NCBI RefSeq assembly: GCF_964204645.1
Contig: NC_134026.1
Span: forward strand, 20,494,150 to 20,558,149
Direction: 5' to 3'
Length of the DNA: 64,000 nt
DNA from: Tubulanus polymorphus
Taxonomy: Eukaryota; Animalia; Nemertea
Shown piece after piece: positions 1 to 11,300 of the stretch. Both the position numbers and the translations under genes were made by a program. Under the pieces are notes generated by a model that worked only from the letters and a program-made list of their open reading frames with translations, made no database searches and was not told the DNA's origin. The first letter of the stretch is position 1, and each line of letters starts with the position of its first letter.

Positions 1-38
1 TATCGATTTTTGTCAATTAATGTTATTTGAATATTTAC

Positions 39-3000
39 CATTATAGCAATCGTTAACCTTGGTGTTGTTAGGAAGGAAATATTCAGCAGAACAGTCATTG
101 CATGGATTGACTCTGCACACTGCTGTTGGGTGCTTCTTGCATTTCATCGAGCAAAGACTGGGGCAACAATTGTGGACGGTTTCGTCGACTTTGCAGACTA
201 ATTTTCATAAATGAAATGTTGCAGTAGAAAATAAAAATATTTTGAAATGAGAAAATTTTTTGGGAAAGCATTTATCAAAGGATCATTATAAAGGCATCTA
301 ATTACCTGGTTCGTCTGGTTCAGTTACGTCTTGAAATACAAATTGAACCATAGGATATTATAATCATTACGGTACGAACAAAATGAAACGACTCGAAATC
401 TCATAATTCAAAATTTCCTACGGTTTTACCTGTATTTGAACAGTCTGGAATTCCCCGAACGATCGCCGTGTTTTCGATGCGTTTACCATCCTTGCGGTCT
501 ACACACCAACAAAGCCCGTAGGCAGGCTGACATTGGACGCGTTGGAAATAGCCAGTCATGGTACATCTTTCGAGGTGGGTAAAAAGAAACGACATTCAGA
601 CAATTTCCACGAAAAATAAGACGTTTATGCACGAAATGATGAACATATCAATCACTCTCTAATAGTGGTTTCCTTTTTGTTTTTGTGTGTATTCGATATC
701 TAGTTGGGTTAAGTATGGTCTTCAGATAAAAAAAAATGAGTTGTGTGATTGAAATCATTATGAATAAACACGAAACTCCCTTATCACGCTTATCAACCAA
801 CCACAAAACATGAACTATACCTTGGAAGAAAATCAGGACGTTCGGGTGAAGCGAGCATTCCCTTCAGTGCCATTTTCATAGCGTAAATACATGGCTTGTG
901 CATCCATCTCATCATCATCATTTTTTTCATTATCATCCTCCTCTTCATGATTTTCATTTTCATGTAAGCCACGTGTTTGAACATCATCATTTTCATGAAC
1001 ATCATCGGCCCGCGATCTGAATGGTTAAGAGACAGAACAGTATATAGAACATAATGACAATCGAGTAATAAATAGACACTATGATTAAATAATCCTGAAA
1101 GCTCGATTACCTTGACGACGACGCATCGTCCCGGACCACTTGCCGTGGTCGCCATCCTTCTTATCCCATTGGCTGTGATCTTTGCCTTCGTAGTCGTCTT
1201 CATCGGCATCGTTTTCGAGTTCGTTCACCTCTTCTTCGTCCGGTTCAGGTATTCGAAATTTTCGGCAACACACCTTGCAACCTGTGTGGCACGTGTGTGT
1301 TACGGTGGGACAGTCGCTGTCGGAATCGCACGTTGCTGGATCTTCGTCGTCGCGCGAGTCGTCTTCGTTATTCGCCGAGCACGGGTTCGCCGGACACGCC
1401 GGAACCGCCCGATCTTGACACGAAACAAGGTAAAACACAGTTGACAATCATGCCGAAAACCTAGATCAGCGTGAACACCCATTTTGCACATGACATAAGT
1501 ATAAGATCACTGATTACAAACGATTGGTTCTTAAACCGAATAAGGAGTTCAGTGCCTAGTTTTGATTTAGATTCACGAATTTTGGAAATAGAATTATGCA
1601 ATTTTCTCGCAATCTCACGATGCCATCTTCTTTTAAAATCATCTTTAGATTAGAATAATGAGACGTGCATATTGCGACACATACCGATACACATTGCCTC
1701 TTCCAGTGTCGGACAGGGAGCCTTGTCACAGGGCTGGTTTAAGTTCTGGACGACGCATACTTGTTCGTCAGCACAAGTGATATTCTGCAATATATAGAAA
1801 AAAATCAATTTCGACTTAACGATTTTCAGCGCTTGTGATTAATGCAATAAGATACTTTTTCGTCACACCAATTCATTTAGATTTTTTTTTTCAATTCCTT
1901 TGATCGTAATAAGTATTTACATCGATTTCGCATAAATTGAGTTTACATTGGCACAAAGCACAACCCATATCGTCTTGCGCGAAACCATGTTCGCATTGTT
2001 TGTCGCAGACGTTCGTATCGTTACAACTTTCACTGATATCTGAAAAAGAAAACCATCTTTCATATGAGGACAACTGTCCAGTTATTTTCGATACGCCCAC
2101 CACGCAGTTTCCACTAACCATCGGACCACCAACCTAACGAATCGTTCAAGTTTTCTAACATCGATTATGCAAGATAGAACCGCACAAAATGGGAGTTGGA
2201 AATGTTACGTTTACAGCCCTCGATCTAATAAACGATCGTAGGATGAAACCATGTGTTTTGCGGGGCTCAGTTTGATGCCATATGGTTCTCGCCGTGGTCC
2301 CTATCTTAATTCCGAAAGACCCTCGAGATTTCTCTTAACGTCGCATCAGCCGTTGTCCAGTTTAGGCAAACGTGGTCAAACCAACAAAATAGTTCGGTGT
2401 ATTAGTGAACGCCATGATAAATTCTTTGATCAAAACCTACTGGAAAATATATCTACCAAAAGTACATATTTGCCTTCGGACTGTTTTTGTATATCTAAGT
2501 CGTATGTATAACTAAGTCTTACCTCCTGTGCAGTCCAGTGTTCTTGCTTCTCTGCCTTCTTTTTCGGTACCTGGAATCTTTTGTCCGCGGAGGTTATAGC
2601 AATAGCACTTGTTAATGCCGTTAACTCTTTCGCAACGCTTCATGTCGACGTCGCCTTTTCCGATACATTTCGGTTTAAAATCGAGTTCCCCGTTATTGTA
2701 TCTATCCTTCAATATATCACACCTAGTTCGTGCTGTCGATTGACAATAAACACGATGATGAAAAATAACAGAAAGAAAGTCAAAATCTTAATCCAGATCA
2801 TACCATGAAGCAAGGATGAATGTGGCAGCTAAACTGAAAGCTTACGTTTGCATTCCAATGTCTCCGCATCAGAGCCGGAGACAGTACTTGTTACAGGCAG
2901 TCTGATGCCGGATTCGGAAACGCACCAGCACGATTTAGTGCCATCTTGTTTTTCCCAACAGCGCTTGAAATCAAAGGAACCGTCGGGCAAACATTGTGCC

Positions 3001-5836
3001 TTATTCTTCTTCGGAGTCGTCTCAGACAAAGCCACAAATCGTTGACATGGAGTTAATTCTGAAATAGGTTTTAGAAAAAAATAGTATCTCCCGGGTGCAA
3101 ACTGTTACAAACAAGGGATCGTGTGCATCAATTCCTTCTACATTTCAATTAAGATCGGAACTTTTCTTAGAAATCAAGAAGTTAAGAAAAGAATTCAATG
3201 GGGAACCTGCAACACCAGCTATCCCAACAGATGGCGTGACGACCAATAGATCATTCGCAGGATTTAGTAATGAGCTAATTCGAATTTAGAATTGGGCCTA
3301 ATCTTTTGCCTGAAAATGAATATTCAAACCCTCAATTAGATAGAAATGATAGAATATGTTCCGCTCGCTTGTAATGTTATAGGTGATGAATTACATGTTC
3401 TAATTGCAATCTACTGAATAAAATCTGTGAAAACCTCATGAATTTGAACTGTATTGGCAATCTTGATATTAAAAAAATCCTACAATCAACATTGCAAAAT
3501 TCACGATGGCTTCGATGTAAATAGATACCTCAAATAACTAATATGTTTTAAAAAGTATATGTATATGTATTGTTAATAACTTAACTATATTTCATTAAGA
3601 CAAATTTGTATTTTCTGTTGATTGTAAATAATGTATATTCTCCCTCCATGAACCATACAAATGCTAACAGTGTATCTAAAAAATCCTAATCTAAATTCTG
3701 ATCCTTCGATCCTTATTTTTCCTGATCCTTATTTTATTTTCAATGAACTTCAATCTAGAGTTTTAGACTTCCGAATCCATATGGTATCGCAGGACCCACC
3801 AAATATAGAGTAAATGTGTTCTTCTACTCGGATATCGGTATAGTTTCCATAAATGATCGATCATTTGAAATAAAAGTTCATTCGGATTTAATTGAAGTAT
3901 AGAAGACATCGAACACTGAAGGCCATCTATCTACTAGCGACTTCTGGCGGATCCTCGCCGGCCATACGCGGAATCCTCGATTAGCGCTGCGGGTACCCTA
4001 TTGATATCGCCAGAACGTGTCTCATACGAAAAATCAACATTAATGAAAACTACGACGATGTCTGTCTTATATCGTATTCGAATATCTGGAGCGGGAAGCC
4101 CACTAGCTGAGCTGGGGATCTTCTATACAATGAACAAGGAAATGCTGACGTACTGGACAGATCTGGACGCATACAACGCAATCCGCAGCCGTTGCTACAG
4201 CACTTCTGAAAACCTCTACAGTCGGCGTCGGTATCGCAGTTCTTCTGGCACGTATCACCTTTGAATAAGGCGTAAAAGCGATCTTTCTGACATTTCGTAG
4301 GACAGTCTCCGGCTTTGTGGGCTGCAGTGGAAAATAAACGTATTAAGAATACAAAATATTTCTCGATACCGGAATCGAAAATTAGGCTGCCTCCGATTCA
4401 GGTAAACAATCATCGTTGATATCAACGTTCTTACGGATTTTACTTCGAGCGTTCAATTCAAATTGACTCACATTTTCGGCACACAGCAAACGAGAAAAGA
4501 CAATATTTCCGAAACGGCGGAAGCTTGACCACCTTACAATGTTTTCCTTTAGGGCACTTCTTTTTCTAGAAAATTACATACGGTACTCAATTAAAAACGT
4601 AGCAATCTCACAAGAAATGAAACGATATGATCACTAGTGAGAATAAGATAAAAACCCGCTATACAGATCAAATGTTTTGAAATCGAGAATTAATTTTCGA
4701 TAATTTTTGATAGAATAATATTCTCGATTTTAAAGTTTTACTATTTAAAATGGGTTTTTTATCTTATCGTCTTTCTCCACGTTTGAGTAATTCTTTCTAC
4801 TATTATCTACAGTGAGAGTTCGACACTCATTTTTTCTCCACATTTGAGTGTGACTATTCTGTACTCCGCCCCGCCCTTCGCCGTCGCTTACCTTGCATGG
4901 ATCATCTTTGCATCTACATACGGGACATCTGTTTTTGCCCATTACGTAACCGAATTCGCAGAACTTCTTGCATCGTCTCATGTGTTTGCAGCGGCGCCTG
5001 CGGTTGATCATATCGTGCCAGTCGTGCGGTTTCGGCCACATACTCGGCAGTTTACAGCGAAACATGTTCCACCACAGATCTCCGCTCTGTTTCATCCAGC
5101 CGTGCGCAACATCGGAGCCACGGCCTGGTTTGCGATAAAAGCCCAGCCGCGTGTCGTTGCCGCTATTTCCTCTTTTCTGCTTGAAAAAACCGCTCGGGGA
5201 GTTCCGATCTTGACCCCCTGGGCTTTTCCCTGGTATCCGCGGCGGAAGCTCTCCACCGTGGAGGGACCCTTGGTCAGGTACGGAAATGAAAAATATATTA
5301 AATCAACCGTTTCAATACGACCTCTGATTTGTGTGGTATATACATAAGATCATTTGTCTAACAGAAATACAACTACTCGCAATTTCGAAATTTTTTTTAT
5401 CTTAGTGTCGCCATCATGTTTGAATTATACACGTATCATCTGGGATAATGATGAATCGTTAGAAATTTTGGATTGTCTATCCGGATGCATTTTCAAACGA
5501 ATTGGCTTGGGCCAAATTGGCACAGATCTTGCCTGTCTCATTTGGCCCGTGTTCTGATAAAAGAACGTGTTCACGCCTAAACAATAGCTGCAATCACATA
5601 AGTATTTTTGGCCCGGAAAAACTGTTCACACGGGTGCTAAATGCGTCCATGCCTGTTTGGCCCGGGCCAAATTTCGCCCGACCGTAAACGTCGGTCCAGG
5701 CCAGAGCGTGAATTCGTATACGTGAATACGTATATACCACGTGGTAAGAATGGAAAAGATAATGAAGCCTACCATCAGATGCATTGATGAACAGAATCAT
5801 CAGTGCAGACGCTATTATCAATCCTAGTCGCTGCAT
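39..5836 (-). CDS. Secreted multidomain cysteine-rich protease-inhibitor-like protein (antistasin, WAP, 3x thyroglobulin type-1, Cys-rich repeat); 3' end lies beyond the left edge of the window
   Basis: Phase-consistent GT-AG exons on minus: 5836-5773 (signal peptide MQRLGLIIASALMILFINASD), 5268-4892 (antistasin-like CKKFCEFGYVMGKNRCPVCRC), 4565-4472, 4321-4154 (WAP: CDTDADCRGFQKCCSNGCGLRC), 3058-2846 (TY: CWCVSESG), 2732-2523 (TY: CYCYNLRG), 2039-1921 (antistasin-like), 1784-1685, 1413-1111, 1016-821 (Met-rich, start of TY), 566-430 (TY: QCQPAYGLCWCVD), 329-306 (24-nt microexon), 197-39 (Cys-rich). Confidence 0.88.
4643..4800. repeat. Internally deleted palindromic repeat, probably the same family as the hammerhead-bearing elements at 13870, 18520, 19600 and 36780
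   Basis: Inverted arms ATAAGATAAAAACCC...AAATCGAGAAT / ATTCTCGATTT...GGGTTTTTTATCTTAT; right end TTCTCCACGTTTGAGT...TTCTAC resembles the family terminus. Confidence 0.45.
5502..5690. mobile_element. MITE-like element with repeated TGGCCCGGGCCAAA motifs
   Basis: TTGGCTTGGGCCAAATT at the left and TTTGGCCCGGGCCAAATTT at the right, with internal TTTGGCCCG copies. Confidence 0.4.
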
Positions 5837-5963
5837 CTTCACTTGATCTCAGTCGACCAATGAAATAATGAAGCTTACAGCTAAATAAAAAATCAAAAGA
5901 TCATTGGTAGACGCATAATGCACAAAGAAAACGAATCGTAGATATCTTAAAATAATTACATTG

Positions 5964-6210
5964 ATAATAATGATGATAATTGTCATTTGTATAGAGCAGG
6001 TATCCAAACTATAGTCTGTTCAAATACGCTCCAAGCTTAGTATATATTACCCCCGGCCTATAACTCTATTCATGTGTCAGTTATCTATCCCTGGGGATAA
6101 GTAACATGCGAGAAACTACTAGGCGCTCAGGCCAAGTACCCATTTACTGGGTGGAGAGAGGCAATGAGGATAGTGTCTTGCCCGAGGACATTCATGCGAT
6201 GGTTCCGGGA
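5964..6210 (-). mobile_element. SINE with CORE-like central domain and L2-like tail
   Basis: Minus strand reads TGTCCTCGGGCAAGACACTATCCTCATTGCCTCTCTCCACCCAGTAAATGGGTAC (CORE/V-SINE-like) and ends GCTCTATACAAATGACAATTATCATCATTATTA. Confidence 0.7.
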
Positions 6211-6771
6211 AGAGCCATGGAAACAAAGAAAAAAAAGTAATTAACATTCCTTGATAATGGTTTTTAGTGTAAAATCAAAAAACAAGATTTTTTAAGAATA
6301 AATTTCAACGTTTTGGTATCTTAACTTTTCGCGATTGTATTATGTGCTTCGGGATTGTTGGACTTATAGTCAACTCTCTATTCGCGACCTATCGCGAAGT
6401 TTTATGCAGCCATGGAAAAACTTCAGGACTACAGCGAACGGAGCCTAACAAAAACCCAAAATAATAACTTTTGAATTAATCTTAACAAATTTTCAAATGC
6501 CACATCGATTCAATTGATTGGTTAACGTAGAATTTAATCGTAACATGATTCATGAAAGAATGTAGACAAACGGCGTGTCAGATTTACGATGTCCGCTTAT
6601 GAGGAATGATGGAAAAGTTCCCAATCGTATAGGAAACGAAATGATGAACACCGCCAAAGTCTAATTTAGAAAAAGAATTCTGACGGATTGAAGAGTGACC
6701 ATCAAATTCAACCGATGATATTGTGTATTTGAAAAGAAATGTTTAAACGTTTCTCTGGTTAGTGAACTTAC

Positions 6772-6868
6772 CATAGACGGCACTTCGGAGTTGAAATTGT
6801 TGCGAAGCTTCCAGTATGGTGGACAAGATTGGAATATGCTCGAAGCTTACAATCGATCGCTTATAGAT
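6772..6868 (-). promoter_or_regulatory. Probable TATA-like box and non-coding first exon of the protease-inhibitor gene
   Basis: Minus-strand CTATAAG at about 6867-6860 and a consensus donor ATG|GTAAGT at 6772/6771; matching acceptor TTTTATTTAG| at 5881/5880 upstream of the signal-peptide ATG. Confidence 0.55.
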
Positions 6869-7977
6869 CTCGATCGCGGAGGACACATTTCGTCAACCCG
6901 GTGGGGTGCCAATCGGTGATACAATAGATATCGCATAATTGGCAAGTTTTGCCAGGGTCCAACTAGATTTTCCAGTTTTTCTTTTATTTGCGTATGAGCT
7001 TTTAATATTTTTGACCGAAGGCAACCGCCGAATGCTTTCTAAAGATCTTCGCAACGAATGAGATCGAACTATGTGTATAGAAACATGTTTCTGAAAAGAG
7101 TCATGTGCCTTCATATTTTTGCCGATTGTCTACTGAAAATACTTTTCGGCATATATTGAATAAGAGATAAAGGTAATAAGATTGGTTGTCTAAGCCATGT
7201 TAAAATTCGGGACGCTCTATCGCCTCGGGCGTTCTCCAATTGTCGAGGACCGAAGTTTATATTCGCGTTTCACGTGTTCATTGGAAGTTCACCTTAGAAA
7301 TTAGCTTGTGCCCTTCACTTCTACATCACACGGTCAGTGGTGAAAATAAAGTCGATCTAAAGAAAACTATCTTGGACTAAACAGGGTGGCTTTTATGTTG
7401 CTCATAATACAATACCACTTACTATTAAGAGGTTACTTAGAATGATCATTTCTTTTCTGATTGCTTTCGGGTTTGTGTCGTTTCTGACAAACATAACTAT
7501 TGAAATATGAAAATACAGGGTAATAAACATTACCTAATAATACCCGCTTCAACGTTTTGTTCTAGCGGTGAAAGTTATTGATGTTTGGCGTATTAGTCAA
7601 CTACCTCTTCTGTGAGGACCTTTAGCGCATAACAAGTTCGAACAATGCAGTGCAAAGTAGAAATCAAAATGTATTGAATGGTTCATCCATGGACTCGAAA
7701 AAGAACTCCACGGTTCATCCGATCCCACTTCTCCGATAGATTGTCGTCTACGAAGCGTCTGGATGATTCTAGATCTAGAACTAAGTTGGATAATTCTAAT
7801 TAGTTGATGGAAACTGCTTATGATGATGGAAACGCTTACCAATACACGATAACGTCAACCCTTATCGCGTACTAAAGCGAGACTCGACATTTATGACTCG
7901 AATGAAAAATGTGTTTTCTGAATGAATAAAAGTTTGAAATGAATCGATCGAGTTAATAATCTTGGATAAATTTCATT

Positions 7978-7983
7978 TTTATT
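7978..7983 (-). terminator. Candidate polyadenylation signal of glass
   Basis: AATAAA on the minus strand about 330 nt after the glass stop codon. Confidence 0.45.
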
Positions 7984-8315
7984 TCATACCTATATATGTA
8001 TATATACATACATGATAAATGCATTTCCGGGCGGAGAATTTTGACAACAAAAGGGCATAACACCTATCAACGAATTGATTCCACAGGAATCCTATATGTA
8101 CATCTATTATGTGTGATATCCAGGTAATGATCGTAGATAAACCTTAATTTTATCCCAACTTCATGCAGAGGTCGAACCGAACATCGAATCGGGTTATTGG
8201 TAAATGGTATGGTCTTTCGGGGACGATTTTTTCTATGTGATAATTCTGAGAACATGAACATTCGCCAACGGGATCTTGATGATTTCTAGATCTCTCGAGT
8301 CACAGTTTGAAAATG

Positions 8316-11300
8316 TTACGACGTGTTTGCGTGGACTCGCATGTGTCTATTCAAATTTCCCGATTGAGAAAATCGCAACAGGCAAAGTTTACACTGATAC
8401 GGCTTTTCGCCGCTATGAATTCGGAGGTGTTTCGTCAGGGTTGAACTGTCCGAGAACGCTTTCTTACACATACGACAACGATACGGCCGTTCCCCGGAAT
8501 GAGTCCTCATGTGAGTCGTCACTGACGAAGACTGCGAGAATCGTCGATCGCAAACCGGGCAACGGAAGGGTTTCTCGCCGCTGTGGGTGCGGATATGCGC
8601 CGTCAGATTCGCCGCCTGCGAGAACGATTTGTTGCAGGTCGAACAACGATAAGGCTTCTCCCCGGAATGCGTGCGCATGTGCGTTTTCAGCGTGCTCGGT
8701 CGGGCGTAGGTCTTTCCGCAGACGCGACACAGATTCACCTTCCCCTGATCGGACTGAGCCGTCTCCGGCCTGGGCGTCGAAGCGACCTTCGACCGCCGAG
8801 TCGAACCGACGCCCGTGTATAGTTTATTCGGCCGATACGACTCGTGCAGCCGCGATGACAAGTTTTCCCGTTCGGACTGAGGATAATTTCGCGGAAATTC
8901 TGACGAGAACGAGTACGAGTAGGTTTGATTGTGTGGGTTGAACGAGGCGTGGTACTGACCGGTCGTTTGATGGTGGTGGTGGTGATGGTGTCCGTAATGC
9001 GGCGGGGACGCGTGTTGAGGTTGACCGCCCCATTGCTGATTCAGGGGATACTGACTCGTATTCGGCGGCATGCCGACGTTCATCGACATGCTCACATTGA
9101 CGCTCATGGCCGGGAATACGCCACTTTGTGCCGCTGAAGCTGGGTCGCCGTATTTGGGCGGGTAGCCGCTGTTTGAATGACCGTAACCGGGGAACTGATG
9201 GTGATGCTGTTGACCCATTCCGTGATGCATTCCCGAGTGTCCGTTCGGCGACGTCATCGACGACGTGAAATGGGATAAAGCGGGTGATATCGGTGACAGT
9301 TGCCCGTTCATGTGAGGATGGACAACTGCATGCTTTAGCGACAGTAAAGCGTCCGCGATGTCATGCGGGTTCTTCTCTTTGAACATAGAATATTCACTGA
9401 AAATATAATGCACAGAATCAGCGAATAATGATAAACAAGTAAATAAATAAGTCGGCTATTTAAACTCAAGGGGGATATCATAATCGTTGAAGATAGTTGA
9501 ATTGAGATAATAACTCTCATCTTTCAATCACCAAAACTATTTTCACTGTCAGTTTTAAATTGAAATAAAAAGAATCTCACGAACAACAATTTGGAAGATT
9601 CTGTTCGAAAACCACGACGTATGTAGGATTCAGTATCACCAACAGATGAATCACGACTTTTTTGCACCCAAAACGCTGTATCGATTTAATTGACGATCGC
9701 TAATATCTCACTGAAAATCATTTAGTTTTATAAACGTAGGCGCAATATCGAACTATGAAAACAGGCATTCGTGTACAGTAGACACTCCGTCTAGAGTCGG
9801 GTCCGATCAACTCGGAAAACCTTTCAACTCGGATGTTAATATTGTTTTGCGATACTAAATGAAATACATATAACCTACAACTCAGATGTGACTCAAGTCG
9901 GACACATTATCACGGTCCTAAAAGATCCGACTTGAGCGAAGTCTACTGTAGTATAAAAAAAAATTTGAAATGCGCTAGTATCCTTGCTTATAGATACTGG
10001 CGGAGAGGAGGCAAATGTGATATAATTCGAATCGCGGTATTTGCTTACTATTGTAGTAAGTGAGAAGCCATTTTTCGCTTTCAATATTTTGCTTCCGTTC
10101 AAACAAGCTATTGCAACGATACATTCTCAATTGATTGTTAACCGCTGTCGCATCGCGGGGGCTTCATTTTAATGCGTAGGACAAATCGTATGCTTTGATA
10201 CAGTCGGTTGACTCTATTCATCTATATCAACTAACGGAGTACCGTGCGCAAATATTGAGTCGGCTCCTGCTAAATAGCAGCGTCGATAAACAAGGATGTA
10301 GCCTTAAACCAACTTTGCTTCATTCATATCGAGTTGACAAAAACAAACGAAAGCAATTGATAGTCAAATAGTCAATTCATTCATTGGTCGCATACTTTTA
10401 CTAAATTTCTACCAAGTCACGAATGCAGTATTCGTAGATGATATGTACGAATTGATAAAATGAATCAATTTTGGAAAGTAATTTTTGAAGTCATAATTTA
10501 TTCCGTTTTGTCCTGCGGCAGTTCGAACGGGATAGTGCGGTAAAATTCTAGAAAATTTTCTTTTCATTCCATAGACGTGTATTTTATCCATTATTTCGTG
10601 TTCACTGGCTTCAATTTCACAAACTAGATCAATTTCTTAATCGGTTTGAAATAAACTTGACGTAATAAATATCATATATACTTTACATATTATATTTATA
10701 TATCTATACATAATTATACATACATAATGTATGTGAACGTAATATAGCTAATTTTCTAATATTCTCCTTAGTTATCTTCATCAAATCATCTGAATGGTTA
10801 AAAGGATTGGCTCTCACAAACTGCCGCACCTTTTTGGGCTCGGGTCTTGTGTCGAGCGCATTGTGGGCTTGAAATACAAATTTCGCCTGAAGGCCGCGGG
10901 CAGTTTCACTTAACTTCGTCGCGTATTCAATGGCCTCAATGGCCCGATGATTTGAGGTTTACAAAATATACGACAATACATTTACCCCGTATTATCCTCC
11001 CATTAATTGCTTGAGGTTTCGTTTTCAAGAGCTTCGGGCATTTCACGCCGATGGTGTAAGCTCTATTATGAAAAGCAGATGTATGGGCGGAATTTTCAAA
11101 TGGCTTCTGACGTGAAGACGAAATTCGGTTGCATCGTGAAAATGTATAATCATAACGAAATGAATAATGAATTCATTGTTAGTTTCTGCATTATGACTAT
11201 ATCGCCTTCATTTAGTAGTAGAACAAGTTTGGGTTTTTTTCTAGGTTGAATTTAAAAGGATTTTATAGTTAGTAGCGATAGCTATATCCTAATGTCTATT

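Noticed and set aside
8276-8941. 221-aa plus-strand ORF
   Set aside because: Antisense shadow of the GC-rich glass zinc-finger exon; no recognisable motif.
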